The translations under genes were made by a program, and so were the position numbers. A stretch of DNA of 64,000 nucleotides from Paraphysomonas bandaiensis (taxonomy: Eukaryota > Protista > Chrysophyceae), in assembly GCA_965644295.1 (NCBI GenBank), contig CBFFRP010000395.1, positions 214,825 through 278,824 of the forward strand. Reading direction: 5' to 3'. Below, in pieces: positions 24,403-34,841 of the stretch. The notes under the pieces are model-generated. The model saw only the letters and a list, made by a program, of their open reading frames with translations, did not search any database and was not told the DNA's origin. Every line of letters begins with the position of its first letter. Within the stretch, counting starts at the first letter, position 1.

Positions 24403-26421
24403 ATGTGCCTTAATCCTGCATATACTACTATGCTACACAACTCCTCTATTATAATATTATCTAATATAGAAGAAACTAATGAAATATTTAAGAACTTAAT
24501 ATATAAAACAGAAGATGTATTAGATAACATCATATGTGTTGGATTTGATATGGAATGGCGTCCTATGGGGTTCATGAGTCATACTATAGAGTATACAGAG
24601 GGATATGGCAATACATCATCATCCAATCCATCTCATTCATCAAGTAACCCTGTAGCGATCATTCAATTGACTATAAGAGGAGATAGAGTCACTTCATATC
24701 TTATACGAATTGGTGCTATGCTTAGTCAAGAAAATTCACTAACTACTGATAGAGTTAACAAGCTCAGTGGTCTGATAAGATTTCTACAGCATCCTGGTAT
24801 ACTTAAACTAGGGGTTGGGATATCATATGATGCAAAGAAACTTCTCACGGATTATGGTATTCAATTGCAAGGAGCTGTTGAGTTGGGGAAAGTTGTTGAA
24901 CGAATGCGTGCTGTTGATATCGATGTTGCAAGTTCATGCGCTATTTCAGCAGGCTCATCTCTTCAGGCAATCATTCAAAGTGTTTGTGGGGTGGTGATAC
25001 CGAAGGATCGAAAAGTTCAATGCAGTGATTGGGAGGCGGAAATACTAAGTGAAGAGCAGGTTCTTTATGCTGCCTCAGACTCATACTATGCACTCATTGT
25101 CTGGGAGCGGCTGCTGCAATTGTATGCTGACTGTAATGGTGGGAGTTGTGCTCGACGTGTAGTGGAAGAACTAGTTTCAGGCCTGATAGATACAGGGCCC
25201 GCTCGCGCACCTGGTGGGGGAGGCAGTTCAACTACTAGTAACTTAGGGTCACCAAAAAAGGAGGGTCGAAGTGCCAAGGATGCCCTTACCGCTTCGAAAT
25301 CGCCTATATATGAGTGTTGCGCACTGGTTAGTCGGGAAGGACAATTTTTGAGCTACTGCGACCTGAAGCGTCTCACCTGGTATCTGCGTAAGGGTCTAGC
25401 GGAGGAGCTGGGGGAACAGGATGTGACAGAGTACATACGTCGAGGGGAGGTGGATCCCTCGTTGGGAAATGGTCGGGGACGGGTGATTCGACTTAAATTT
25501 GAGGCGGCAGGAGATGGAAATGCGAGCGATGCGTATAAGAGACAGAAGCTGCAGAATAAGTGCGTGGTGTGTGGTATCGAGCAGAAGTTGAGCTCTCATG
25601 AGGACGAGAAAACTGAAGCCAATAACGATAGATTATTGTTACACCATCACGTTGTACCTAAAGCTTACAGAAGAGTGTTTCCCGACTGTATGGTGTCACG
25701 GAACAATCACGACATCTTGCCCATGTGCAAGGACTGCAAGTCCGTGGCTTCCTCATTATATTCTGCAAAGATGCACGCATTGGAGCTCCACCACATCGGG
25801 CCTCAACATCGTGCTGAAGTTGTTTATTCTCAATGTCACTCGAAGGGGACCACTACACTGCGACAGAACTTTGGCAAGGTGCGTGGCCTATGTAGATCAC
25901 TTCTTGACTCCTCTACTATGACGAAAAAGGTAAAGGTGTCAGCACCAGATGGGAGTCAGGTTGTCAAAGCAGTGCCAGTGGACGTCGATAAAGCTAATCA
26001 GATTAGATATAGTATATTTCAGTCGTTGAAAACGTTCTGCTGTGAAAAGATTGACGCCAGCCTCTACAGTAGTGTCAATCTATCCAACGATGAAATAGAT
26101 ATATGTGCCGCTGTCTGTAGACTTGAACCTAGTGATTCTCACGGGATAGAGACTTTTTTGGACAGTTTTAAAACCCTGACAGATAAAGCGTTAGATAGCC
26201 TGGCCAATACTGGCGGAAAAGAGGAGACCGAGCCTCGAACCCTTGAGGCCCTTGTCGTTGAGAAAATAATTCAGCCCCACTCTTTGAAGGACGACCAGAC
26301 GTTGTACATTCCCGCGCTTCAGCAATTTGAGTCAATGTGGCGAAGGTTCTTCTTGGAAAGTATGAAGCCGCAGCATATGCCGCCCCATTGGAGCGTCGAG
26401 TACAAGCACAGCGCCTCATAG
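24403..26421 (+). CDS. EXD2: EXD2-like DEDDy 3'-5' exonuclease with a C-terminal HNH-like zinc-binding domain
   Basis: ExoI VGFDMEWRP, ExoII YDAKKL, ExoIII QVLYAASD. EXD2-type C-terminal signature CDLKRLTWYLRKGLA...IRLKFE...NKCVVCG...HHVVPKAYRRVFP...HDILPMC. Start codon uncertain. Confidence 0.88.
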   Translation: MCLNPAYTTMLHNSSIIILSNIEETNEIFKNLIYKTEDVLDNIICVGFDMEWRPMGFMSHTIEYTEGYGNTSSSNPSHSSSNPVAIIQLTIRGDRVTSYLIRIGAMLSQENSLTTDRVNKLSGLIRFLQHPGILKLGVGISYDAKKLLTDYGIQLQGAVELGKVVERMRAVDIDVASSCAISAGSSLQAIIQSVCGVVIPKDRKVQCSDWEAEILSEEQVLYAASDSYYALIVWERLLQLYADCNGGSCARRVVEELVSGLIDTGPARAPGGGGSSTTSNLGSPKKEGRSAKDALTASKSPIYECCALVSREGQFLSYCDLKRLTWYLRKGLAEELGEQDVTEYIRRGEVDPSLGNGRGRVIRLKFEAAGDGNASDAYKRQKLQNKCVVCGIEQKLSSHEDEKTEANNDRLLLHHHVVPKAYRRVFPDCMVSRNNHDILPMCKDCKSVASSLYSAKMHALELHHIGPQHRAEVVYSQCHSKGTTTLRQNFGKVRGLCRSLLDSSTMTKKVKVSAPDGSQVVKAVPVDVDKANQIRYSIFQSLKTFCCEKIDASLYSSVNLSNDEIDICAAVCRLEPSDSHGIETFLDSFKTLTDKALDSLANTGGKEETEPRTLEALVVEKIIQPHSLKDDQTLYIPALQQFESMWRRFFLESMKPQHMPPHWSVEYKHSAS

Positions 26422-26791
26422 ACCCCGCGGTTGATGTATGATGTCACTCTGAATGCCGGAGGCAATCGATCTGTGCGAATCAGTTTTATGTCTATAATGT
26501 ACTTTTATATATATTTCGTTTTTGATTGGATTATAGTTACTAGACTGCTACTATATACAGTATTCCGCGACATTTTTGTGTATTGCATGTAGCAATTATT
26601 ATTTTACATTCATTGGATTCGTATTCATCCAATGAGTAGTGTTTATTCTAACGAGTAGTCCATATCTGTAAATTTAGTACTAACATTGGGTCAGATTTGA
26701 AGACATTCTTCATTCCTACCCTACCTTTTAAGAATACAGTTAATGTTGTGCATTGTGGATCAGGTTTAAAACAGGAGAGTAGCTATATGTT

Positions 26792-27372
26792 TGTAGCAAA
26801 ATTGGGTATGTCAAGTATGGGTGATTTAGGAGGTTGTTATGGCTGAAGAATAAGATGAAGTGATGTAGGTTGTAGTATGAAATGAGATGTAGATGGTAGT
26901 TATGATTAGATCAGAAGATACGAGTATTAAGGCCAGATATAAGGTTGGAGTGTACCGGAACTACCCGTACATACGGATGTAACGGACGGTCATGGTAACC
27001 CGTACAGTATTATGATGGTATACGTAGGTATTCTGTAGGATGATATAGGAGTAGATAGCAGGATGTTAAGGGATTTCTATATGATTATTTCTGGAAGTAG
27101 AAAACTAGCTATTTATGGCTGGGAAACCACTTCTAGAATTAACTATGGGGATATAGGTAGAAGGATATGGAGTTTTAGATATAATAGTGAAAGTTGATAT
27201 TGTAGTTGTTGAAAGTTAAGAAGTAGCGAAGTAAAGAGTAAGAAGAGGAAGTTAATTGAAGAGTGTTGTGAGAAGACTATCCTACCCCACATCACCTGTG
27301 CACATGGACAGGGATGATAAGACCAGCAATGTTAGTCATGATAGCGAGGCTCAATCACCCGTAGTCGTTACA
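26792..27372 (+). repeat. 5' LTR (581 bp)
   Basis: TGTAGCAAAATTGGG...GTAGTCGTTACA. Only two substitutions against the 3' LTR were found by eye. Confidence 0.97.
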
Positions 27373-30300
27373 CTTGGTGGACAACGTGGGCTGGGTACAG
27401 TGGTTGAGAGTGATCAACTCAGCCATGCGTCACCCAGCGCACTATCGGCACGATCTCGGAGAGAGCCTTTGCCAGAAGAGGGAAACATTGAGAGTATCAG
27501 CCTAGACCATGAGGGAGAGGAGAGACAGGAGACTAAGGAGGAACTGCGGTCCCATGCACAGAAGGACCTATTGGAGCACGGGCTGAGGATGCAGAGTATG
27601 GATGATAAGAAAGGTGGAACCCAACCCAATTGGTCTGGAAGGTCTACAGAGCAGATAGAATGGATGCGTGATCCTATTCTTGGAGGCAGAGACCTGGAGA
27701 TGGGGGATAGGAGTAGTAGAGATGATATGAAGAGCTCGTGGAGGAGCACAGGAAGAGAAGAGAAGATTAAAAGAAGAGATGTTTACGCAAGAGCAGATGA
27801 TGTAAGGGGCCCATTAGGAGGTCCTGGAGATAATTATATGAAAGATGAAGATTTAAGGGGCCCGTTAGGAGGTCCTGGATATGCCAGAAGAGATGATTAT
27901 ATGAAAGATGAAGATTTGAAGGGCCCATCAGGAGGTCCTAGATATAGTAGAAGAGAGGATTATGCAACTGAAGAAGATATGAGGGGCCCATCAGGAGGTC
28001 CTAGATATAGTAGAAGAGATGAGTATGCAAGTGCAGAAGATGTGAGGGGCCCATCAGGAGGTCCTGGATATAGTAAAAGAGAGGATTATGTGAGAGAAGT
28101 GAATTTTAGGGACCTATCCAGAGGTCTTGGTGAAGAGATAGAAAAGCAGATGAGAGTACCTGAATGGCTGGTGGAGCCTAGTAGAGAACGGAGTGTAAAA
28201 GGACAGATTGGGAGATTAAGTAGAAGTGTACAGAGTGAAAGAGAGTTGCACCGACTGTTGATGAGAGAATTAGAGATAGGAGTAGGGAATGAAGGGTTGA
28301 CTGCAGCGCACCGTCAGGCGTGTGAATATTGGCTCCGGAATCGAAGTAGACTATTGAGTGGTAGTATGAAGACGGGTATAAAGATGCTCAGCCAGCTGAC
28401 TGAACTAAACCGAATAGGGGAGAGGATACAGTATGTGGAGGCTCAGCAAGAGGCGCTGTTAGCTGCTAGGAAGGAGTTATCAGAGAAGGCAAGGATGTTG
28501 TGGATACAAAAAGGAGAGAGCATGTGTGATAGTAATAGAAGGATCTTAGACAGGATGCGTGTAATGGAGGAAGTTGATGAAACAGATAGTGATGACTGGG
28601 AGAACGACGCAGGAGTATATATTAAGGGAGTTATGAGAGGGCCTTTATCAGGAATACAGACTATGACACGGGAAGAAGCAGAGACATGTGGATATAAGAC
28701 ATTCTGCCGCTGGTGCAATATGGTGGGAAAGGAGTACAAGAGTAGTCTGGATAGGCAGTTAGAGGAAAAGTGTCAGAGTTTTCTGAGGACTCGGAATGTT
28801 GCGCAGCATGTGTTTGACTTGTTAGGGAAGATACCCATACCTCGATGGATGAGGATGGAGACCGCAGGAAAGCTGAGATTCCAACCTATAGACTTTGATG
28901 CTTTAGGACGCTCAACAGGAATGGTGAAGAGAGTGGATTGTGTCCAGTTCTTTGATAGTCTTTATGCAGCAGCGCATACTGCGAATATGTCACCCATGAG
29001 AATATTAGCGGAGATAAGAGGAGGAACAGTATTCAAAGGAGAGTTAGCTGAAGAGGTGAGATGGAGAATGGCATCAGGTGACTTCGAGATGGACATAGAT
29101 AGGAACAGACGAGCAGAGGAGACCCCTGAGACGGATGTTGTGGCATGGGGATATGCACTGTATCAGTTCTCCATATTGTTTACAGAAGCCTTCGGGGTAA
29201 AGATGGATCCTGCAGTATTAATGATGGAGATCGATAGGTTCGAGTTATCCGACGAATCACCACAGGCGTTTGAGAAGTCTCTGATGGAGTTAAGATATTT
29301 AATTACGCAAGCGGGAGTAACTGAGCCAGAGAGAGAGTTATATCACAAGTTCAAGGTGAAGACTATAGATATGCCACGAGTAGGTAAAAGAGTAGCAGAT
29401 GAAGTGGAGAGCATTATCCAAATAAAGCAGTGTATGGGAGTGAGGAACGTGCAATATGATCGGAACTTTTTAGTGTCTACTGTTGCACAGATTGTACCTC
29501 GGATAGTGGATCAAGACAGTCTTAACAGTAAGAATGAGAAGGTGATAAGGTCGCATGGAGTGTATGCGGGAAGAGCAGTTCCAGAAAAGTGTGAACGTAG
29601 GATAGATGGACTAGAAAGAAGTACTCGACCATGGAAGTTCCTTAAGTGTGAGACATGTGGGTTTAAACACTATATGAACCGTTTTTGTCCATTTAGAGAT
29701 GATAGGAAGAAAGATGATGGGACATATATGAAATGTGCGGAGTTTAACGGATATAAGCCATGGAGATTTGCTAAGTTTGAGGCGAAGACTTTAGAGAAGA
29801 TATTTGAGGTCATGAAGCAAAATAGCAAGGCGTGGCAAGAACTTGGAGATGTGTTGAAAAGAAAATTCGTACAAATGGTAGCCGATGCAAAAGAAGAGCA
29901 GGTGAAGAGTATGAGGAATGTCTTACATCATGTGCGGACCGTAGGAGAGCCGACCAAGGAAAGGGTAGAGGAAACCAGAGGATTAGAGACGGTGAAGTCA
30001 GAAGATGGAAACCAGCAAGTGTCTAATAGAAAAGTCAGTGTGGCACATACGATGACGTCACCGGCACAACATGATGATAAGAAGATAAGGATGGATACTT
30101 TAACTTGGTGGTGTGGAGAAGCGATTGTAAGAGGAGAGACAATACCGATGGCAATTCATGTGGATGGTGGATCAGAAGGAGCATTCATGCATGAAGGGCT
30201 AGCAGAGGAAATGGGTTTAGAAGTTCATGAGTATCCAAGGGATCAACAATACCTGGTGATGGGAGCTACAGGACAAGGAAGATGTCCGGAACGAGTGACA

Positions 30301-30681
30301 AAGTATGTATATCTATGTATGCGGATAGACGGAGTGGAGTATTATGGTGAAATGTTGGGAGAATTGAAGACTGGACATCCGATACAGAGCATATGGAAGT
30401 GTAAGTTTGATCTGATACCTAATATGACGGCTTCATGCTTATGGGGAGGAGCGGAAGTGAAGGAGTTGAAAGAGCATCGTGCCTTTGTGGTGAGAACACC
30501 AGAGGGTATACCTGTTGTCATGAAAGGAAAGTCATACGCAGAAACAATGAAATGGATGGCTAAGACGAGACATCGGGTAGCAGAACATCCAGTGTATCAA
30601 GGTAATATCACGGAAGGACGGAGGGTCAATACTGTGTGGAAGATAAGCCAATACCCTAACCAGTACTGTGTAAGACAATGA
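27304..30681 (+). CDS. Gag-protease polyprotein of the LTR element (first ATG lies inside the 5' LTR)
   Basis: Uninterrupted ORF of about 1125 aa. Atypical knuckle CETCGFKHYMNRFC at 29647-29688. Retropepsin-like IHVDGGSEGAFMHEGLAEEMGL with the Asp at 30163. N-terminal 21-aa RGPxGGP repeats. Confidence 0.85.
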   Translation: MDRDDKTSNVSHDSEAQSPVVVTLGGQRGLGTVVESDQLSHASPSALSARSRREPLPEEGNIESISLDHEGEERQETKEELRSHAQKDLLEHGLRMQSMDDKKGGTQPNWSGRSTEQIEWMRDPILGGRDLEMGDRSSRDDMKSSWRSTGREEKIKRRDVYARADDVRGPLGGPGDNYMKDEDLRGPLGGPGYARRDDYMKDEDLKGPSGGPRYSRREDYATEEDMRGPSGGPRYSRRDEYASAEDVRGPSGGPGYSKREDYVREVNFRDLSRGLGEEIEKQMRVPEWLVEPSRERSVKGQIGRLSRSVQSERELHRLLMRELEIGVGNEGLTAAHRQACEYWLRNRSRLLSGSMKTGIKMLSQLTELNRIGERIQYVEAQQEALLAARKELSEKARMLWIQKGESMCDSNRRILDRMRVMEEVDETDSDDWENDAGVYIKGVMRGPLSGIQTMTREEAETCGYKTFCRWCNMVGKEYKSSLDRQLEEKCQSFLRTRNVAQHVFDLLGKIPIPRWMRMETAGKLRFQPIDFDALGRSTGMVKRVDCVQFFDSLYAAAHTANMSPMRILAEIRGGTVFKGELAEEVRWRMASGDFEMDIDRNRRAEETPETDVVAWGYALYQFSILFTEAFGVKMDPAVLMMEIDRFELSDESPQAFEKSLMELRYLITQAGVTEPERELYHKFKVKTIDMPRVGKRVADEVESIIQIKQCMGVRNVQYDRNFLVSTVAQIVPRIVDQDSLNSKNEKVIRSHGVYAGRAVPEKCERRIDGLERSTRPWKFLKCETCGFKHYMNRFCPFRDDRKKDDGTYMKCAEFNGYKPWRFAKFEAKTLEKIFEVMKQNSKAWQELGDVLKRKFVQMVADAKEEQVKSMRNVLHHVRTVGEPTKERVEETRGLETVKSEDGNQQVSNRKVSVAHTMTSPAQHDDKKIRMDTLTWWCGEAIVRGETIPMAIHVDGGSEGAFMHEGLAEEMGLEVHEYPRDQQYLVMGATGQGRCPERVTKYVYLCMRIDGVEYYGEMLGELKTGHPIQSIWKCKFDLIPNMTASCLWGGAEVKELKEHRAFVVRTPEGIPVVMKGKSYAETMKWMAKTRHRVAEHPVYQGNITEGRRVNTVWKISQYPNQYCVRQ
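27375..27390 (+). promoter_or_regulatory. Primer-binding site TGGTGGACAACGTGGG, probably for tRNA-Ala
   Basis: Starts 2 nt after the LTR end with TGG. Its complement ...GUUGUCC-A-CCA fits an Ala acceptor stem (U70 of G3:U70, discriminator A73). Confidence 0.8.
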
Positions 30682-30762
30682 TACAGGATGAATCTGTAAG
30701 AGTTCAAGTGGTCAATATGAAGCCAGATCGTTATGTTGTTGGACCTATTCAGGTCTTGGATT

Positions 30763-30771
30763 AGGGGGAAG
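30763..30771 (+). promoter_or_regulatory. Polypurine tract AGGGGGAAG
   Basis: Immediately upstream of the TG that starts the 3' LTR. Confidence 0.85.
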
Positions 30772-31352
30772 TGTAGCAAAATTGGGTATGTCAAGTATGG
30801 GTGATTTAGGAGGTTGTTATGGCTGAAGAATAAGATGAAGTGATGTAGGTTGTAGTATGAAATGAGATGTAGATGGTAGTTATGATTAGATCAGAAGATA
30901 CGAGTATTAAGGCCAGATATAGGGTTGGAGTGTACCGGAACTACCCGTACATACGGATGTAACGGACGGTCATGGTAACCCGTACAGTATTATGATGGTA
31001 TACGTAGGTATTCTGTAGGATGATATAGGAGTAGATAGCAGGATGTTAAGGGATTTCTATATGATTATTTCTGGAAGTAGAAAACTAGCTATTTATGGCT
31101 GGGAAACCACTTCTAGAATTAACTATGGGGATATAGGTAGAAGGATATGGAGTTTTAGATATAATAGTGAAAGTTGATATTGTAGTTGTTGAAAGTTAAG
31201 AAGTAGCGAAGTAAAGAGTAAGAAGAGGAAGTTAAGTGAAGAGTGTTGTGAGAAGACTATCCTACCCCACATCACCTGTGCACATGGACAGGGATGATAA
31301 GACCAGCAATGTTAGTCATGATAGCGAGGCTCAATCACCCGTAGTCGTTACA
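30772..31352 (+). repeat. 3' LTR (581 bp)
   Basis: Direct repeat of 26792-27372. Confidence 0.97.
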
Positions 31353-32391
31353 TGTTGTTGAAGAAATACAGAACCAGGGAAACGTTAATTGAGTGCATAA
31401 ATTATATACTGTTAATCTGAGCAATTCATAGAGTTCTCCAATCACTTTCCTTCTATGTTCTAGATAGTTGCTTACCTATCTTCCGTTGGATGCATCTTTT
31501 ACACATGCATATATAGTTTTCTGTTCTCTGATACATAGTTGTTGGACGATATAATGTCCAATCACATGACTGTATCGTATAATGATTGGTGAAATTGTCA
31601 TAAACACACTGTATTGTGGTATTAGGCTGTGTTTTATATGTAAACGATATTTTTGTGTATTGCATGTAGCAATTATTATTTTACATTCATTGGATTCGTA
31701 TTCATCCAATGAGTAGTGTTTATTCTAACGAGTAGTCCATATCTGTAAATTTAATACTAACATTGGGTCCGATTTGAAGACATTCTTCATTCCTACCCTA
31801 CCTTTTAAGAATACAGTTAATGTTGTGCATTGTGGATCAGGTTTAAAACAGGAGAGTAGCTATATGTTGCTGAAGAAATACAGAACCAGGGAAACGTTAA
31901 TTGAGTGCATAAATTATATACTGTTAATCTGAGCAATTCATAGAGTTCTCCAATCACTTTCCTTCTATGTTCTAGATAGTTGCTTACCTATCTTCCGTTG
32001 GATGCATCTTTTACACATGCATATATAGTTTTCTGTTCTCTGATACATAGTTGTTGGACGATATAATGTCCAATCATATGACTGTATCGTATAATGATTG
32101 GTGAAATTGTCATAGACACACTGTATTGTGGCTGTATAAGTAAACTCTGGATGGTGGTACACACATACACAGCAGTCAGTAGACAATAGCCATTCTGTAT
32201 ACCGGTATACGGTATACCACTATTGGCTGACGTACTGATATACTGCTGTATATACGTACACTGTACAGTGATAGAGCGCCTGCTGTGTATGTGTTAAAGT
32301 ACTCTACTCTACTCTATCCTCTGCTGACTATCATACATCACCATGAGATGTTCCTGTGTAGGTTGATAGTCTCTTACACTCTTCGTCTCTC

Positions 32392-34419
32392 ATGGATACT
32401 AATATTGGCCTATTCAGAACATGGTGAGTGACTTGCCTTAACACACACACACACATATATATACATACATACATACATATATATATACCGACATAAATGC
32501 AGATAGAGAGGTAGATATATATATATATATACATACACACATGTATATATACTGAGAGAGGTAGATATATATATATGTACACATCCACATATATATGTAT
32601 CTACATATACATTCACATACATATATATACGTATATAACATACATACACATATCTTGATTTGGATTATAATTATGAACTAAACATTGTTGTTTTCAAGGT
32701 TTGATGAGAGAGATGTGGGGACAATAAACTCATCATGTCCTCTACAAACAGCTTTAGTATGTAATGCGATATATATGGACACTAAATATCAAGATGTGAT
32801 TGATAATGAGGTCCTTTCAATCGCATCACAACCTATAAAAATTAAACCAGATCCATCTTCTACTGATATACGGATTGATTCAGATGCTGTTGTAGCATCA
32901 GTATTACAAGATATATCCGTTGACTGTCACATGCTTGATGAACAACATTACCCCTCATCGATCTCTGAACTCTTCCAGTTTTCTGCAGACTTGGAAATAA
33001 TGCTAGATAAAAACTCTGCAGAACAACGTAATAGTGTCAAGCAGACTGTCGATACTGTACACACTACCGCGAATCCTTCACCTGCAGCTCCGTTAAATAA
33101 AGTCACTTCAAAACCTTCCAATTCACAGCCTCCAAGTCGCCCTAATCCATTCAAATCAGCTAAGGAACAATTTAGAGAAGAGGTGGGGCAGTATTATATA
33201 TTATTTATTTATAGCGATGAATTCTGCACAGGGCGGAGTTCTAAAACCTACGAATAATTCTGGATTGGCTACCAACAAGAGTTCCCAGGCAATGGTAAGA
33301 TACTATTACTGAACGTTGTCCATTCTGACTCGTGGTTTTATAGAAGAGACCTCGAGGTGGAACAGATAATGGATCCGGTGATGTGATTTTATCGGAAGGT
33401 CTACAGCATTTTGAAAAGCATCTAATTGATCGTCTCGAGGCGGAGATCCTACAGGAGAATCGGCCTGGTTCGCAGGTTACTTTTAAAGACATAGCCGGCC
33501 TTGACTTTGCGAAAAAATGTGTTCAAGAATTAATTTGCTGGTAGATGATATTTTCATACATTTATTGTTGGTATATGCACATATGTTGCTTTTCAATATG
33601 TGCGTTTAATTCCGCCGATTTAGGCCAATGTTACGCCCAGATATATTCACTGGTTTGCGCTCTCTCCCGAAGGGTCTTCTGCTCTTTGGCCCACCTGGCA
33701 CTGGCAAGACACTAATCGGAAAAGCCATTGCTCACCAGGCGGGTGCCACTTTCTTCAGCATCAGTGCCTCCTCACTGACAAGCAAGTGGGTGGGTGAGAG
33801 TGAATCCGCTGTACGCGCTCTCTTCGCTCTTGCAGTTGTGCACCAGCCCTCGGTGGTATTCATTGACGAAGTAGACTCTTTACTCACTCAGCGCTCTTCA
33901 GATGAGAGTGAAGCTAGTCGTAGAATAAAGACCGAATTTTTAGTTCAGCTGGATGGGGCGGGAACTAGCACTGATGCTCGCGTGGTGGTTATTGGTGCTA
34001 CCAACAGGCCAGACGAACTGGATGATGCTGCCCGACGTAGGTTCGTAAAACGTCTTTATATTCCACTTCCCGACGAAGAAGGTAGACGGCAGCTGCTGCA
34101 TCGCCTGCTTCTGGAGGATGGTTCACGTGTGCATACGAATATGGGTCCGGTAGATATCGACTTGATAGTTGGGCGGACAAAGGGTTTTTCGGGGGCGGAT
34201 GTGCGCTCTCTCTGCACAGAGGCTGCAATGGGCCCAGTGAGAGAAATTGCGTCGTCGAACGTCGAGCTGCATCGCATCGTAGCCGCTGATGTGCCGCCTG
34301 TTTCTGCGAGACACTTCGAGGAGGCACTGGATGTAGTATCTCCTTCAGTTTCCGTTAAGGATTTGGAGAAGTACATAAGGTGGAATACTGAATTCGGCAC
34401 GTATAGACGAATGGAATAG
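32392..34419 (+). CDS. FIGNL1: Fidgetin-like AAA+ ATPase (multi-exon)
   Basis: [41 protein letters not shown], Walker A GPPGTGKT, Walker [33 protein letters not shown] and C-terminal WNTEFG. Confidence 0.88.
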
Positions 34420-34841
34420 TGAACTTTACATTTTTTATGGAGTAGTAAGTACTTTTTACGTCGTTGCGTAGTGACATTGTAATTGCTTGTTTTGTGCAGC
34501 AGTATAGCTAGTGTTGTAGATAATATATTTATATTTGTGCTGCCATCAATTTGGTGCTTGAAGCTGTATACCAGGAAGCAACAGATACTATGCTCGAATA
34601 TTTCAAAGTATCCCTCTATACTCTATACTGAATGCTTATCATGTTGTATGTGCGATACAGCTACCGACTAGCATTTACAATAAAGCAATGACAATACGCA
34701 ATTTGTCCTCCATTCAATACTTTATTACTGCCCAGTATTCGGTACCAGGTCACTACTGTAGAACATTTCCTCGCAATACATAGTATAGGTGACCTCAACT
34801 CACCAACTGTCCAAAGTTAATATATATCAGAGTACCAAAGT

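Larger units (their letters stand above)
26792..31352 (+). mobile_element. Young non-autonomous LTR retrotransposon encoding only Gag + protease (probably Gypsy/Metaviridae-related)
   Basis: Two 581-bp TGTA...TACA LTRs, 4-bp TSD TGTT (26788-26791 and 31353-31356), PBS, PPT and one long ORF with no RT, RNase H or integrase motifs. Confidence 0.95.
26572..32131. repeat. Tandem duplication of about 480 bp (512-bp offset once the insertion is removed); copy 1 (26572-26791 + 31357-31619) is interrupted by the LTR element, copy 2 (31649-32131) is intact
   Basis: 26572-26791 matches 31649-31868, and 31357-31619 matches 31869-32131, with only a few substitutions. Confidence 0.93.

Noticed and set aside
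27256-30771. Autonomous retrotransposon or endogenous retrovirus with pol/env
   Set aside because: No YxDD RT, RNase H, HHCC/DDE integrase or TM-bearing env is visible, and there is no room between the ORF stop (30681) and the PPT.
24403-34419. EXD2 and FIGNL1 as a functional DNA-repair gene cluster
   Set aside because: Two neighbouring repair genes in a gene-dense eukaryote can be chance, and no synteny evidence is available here.
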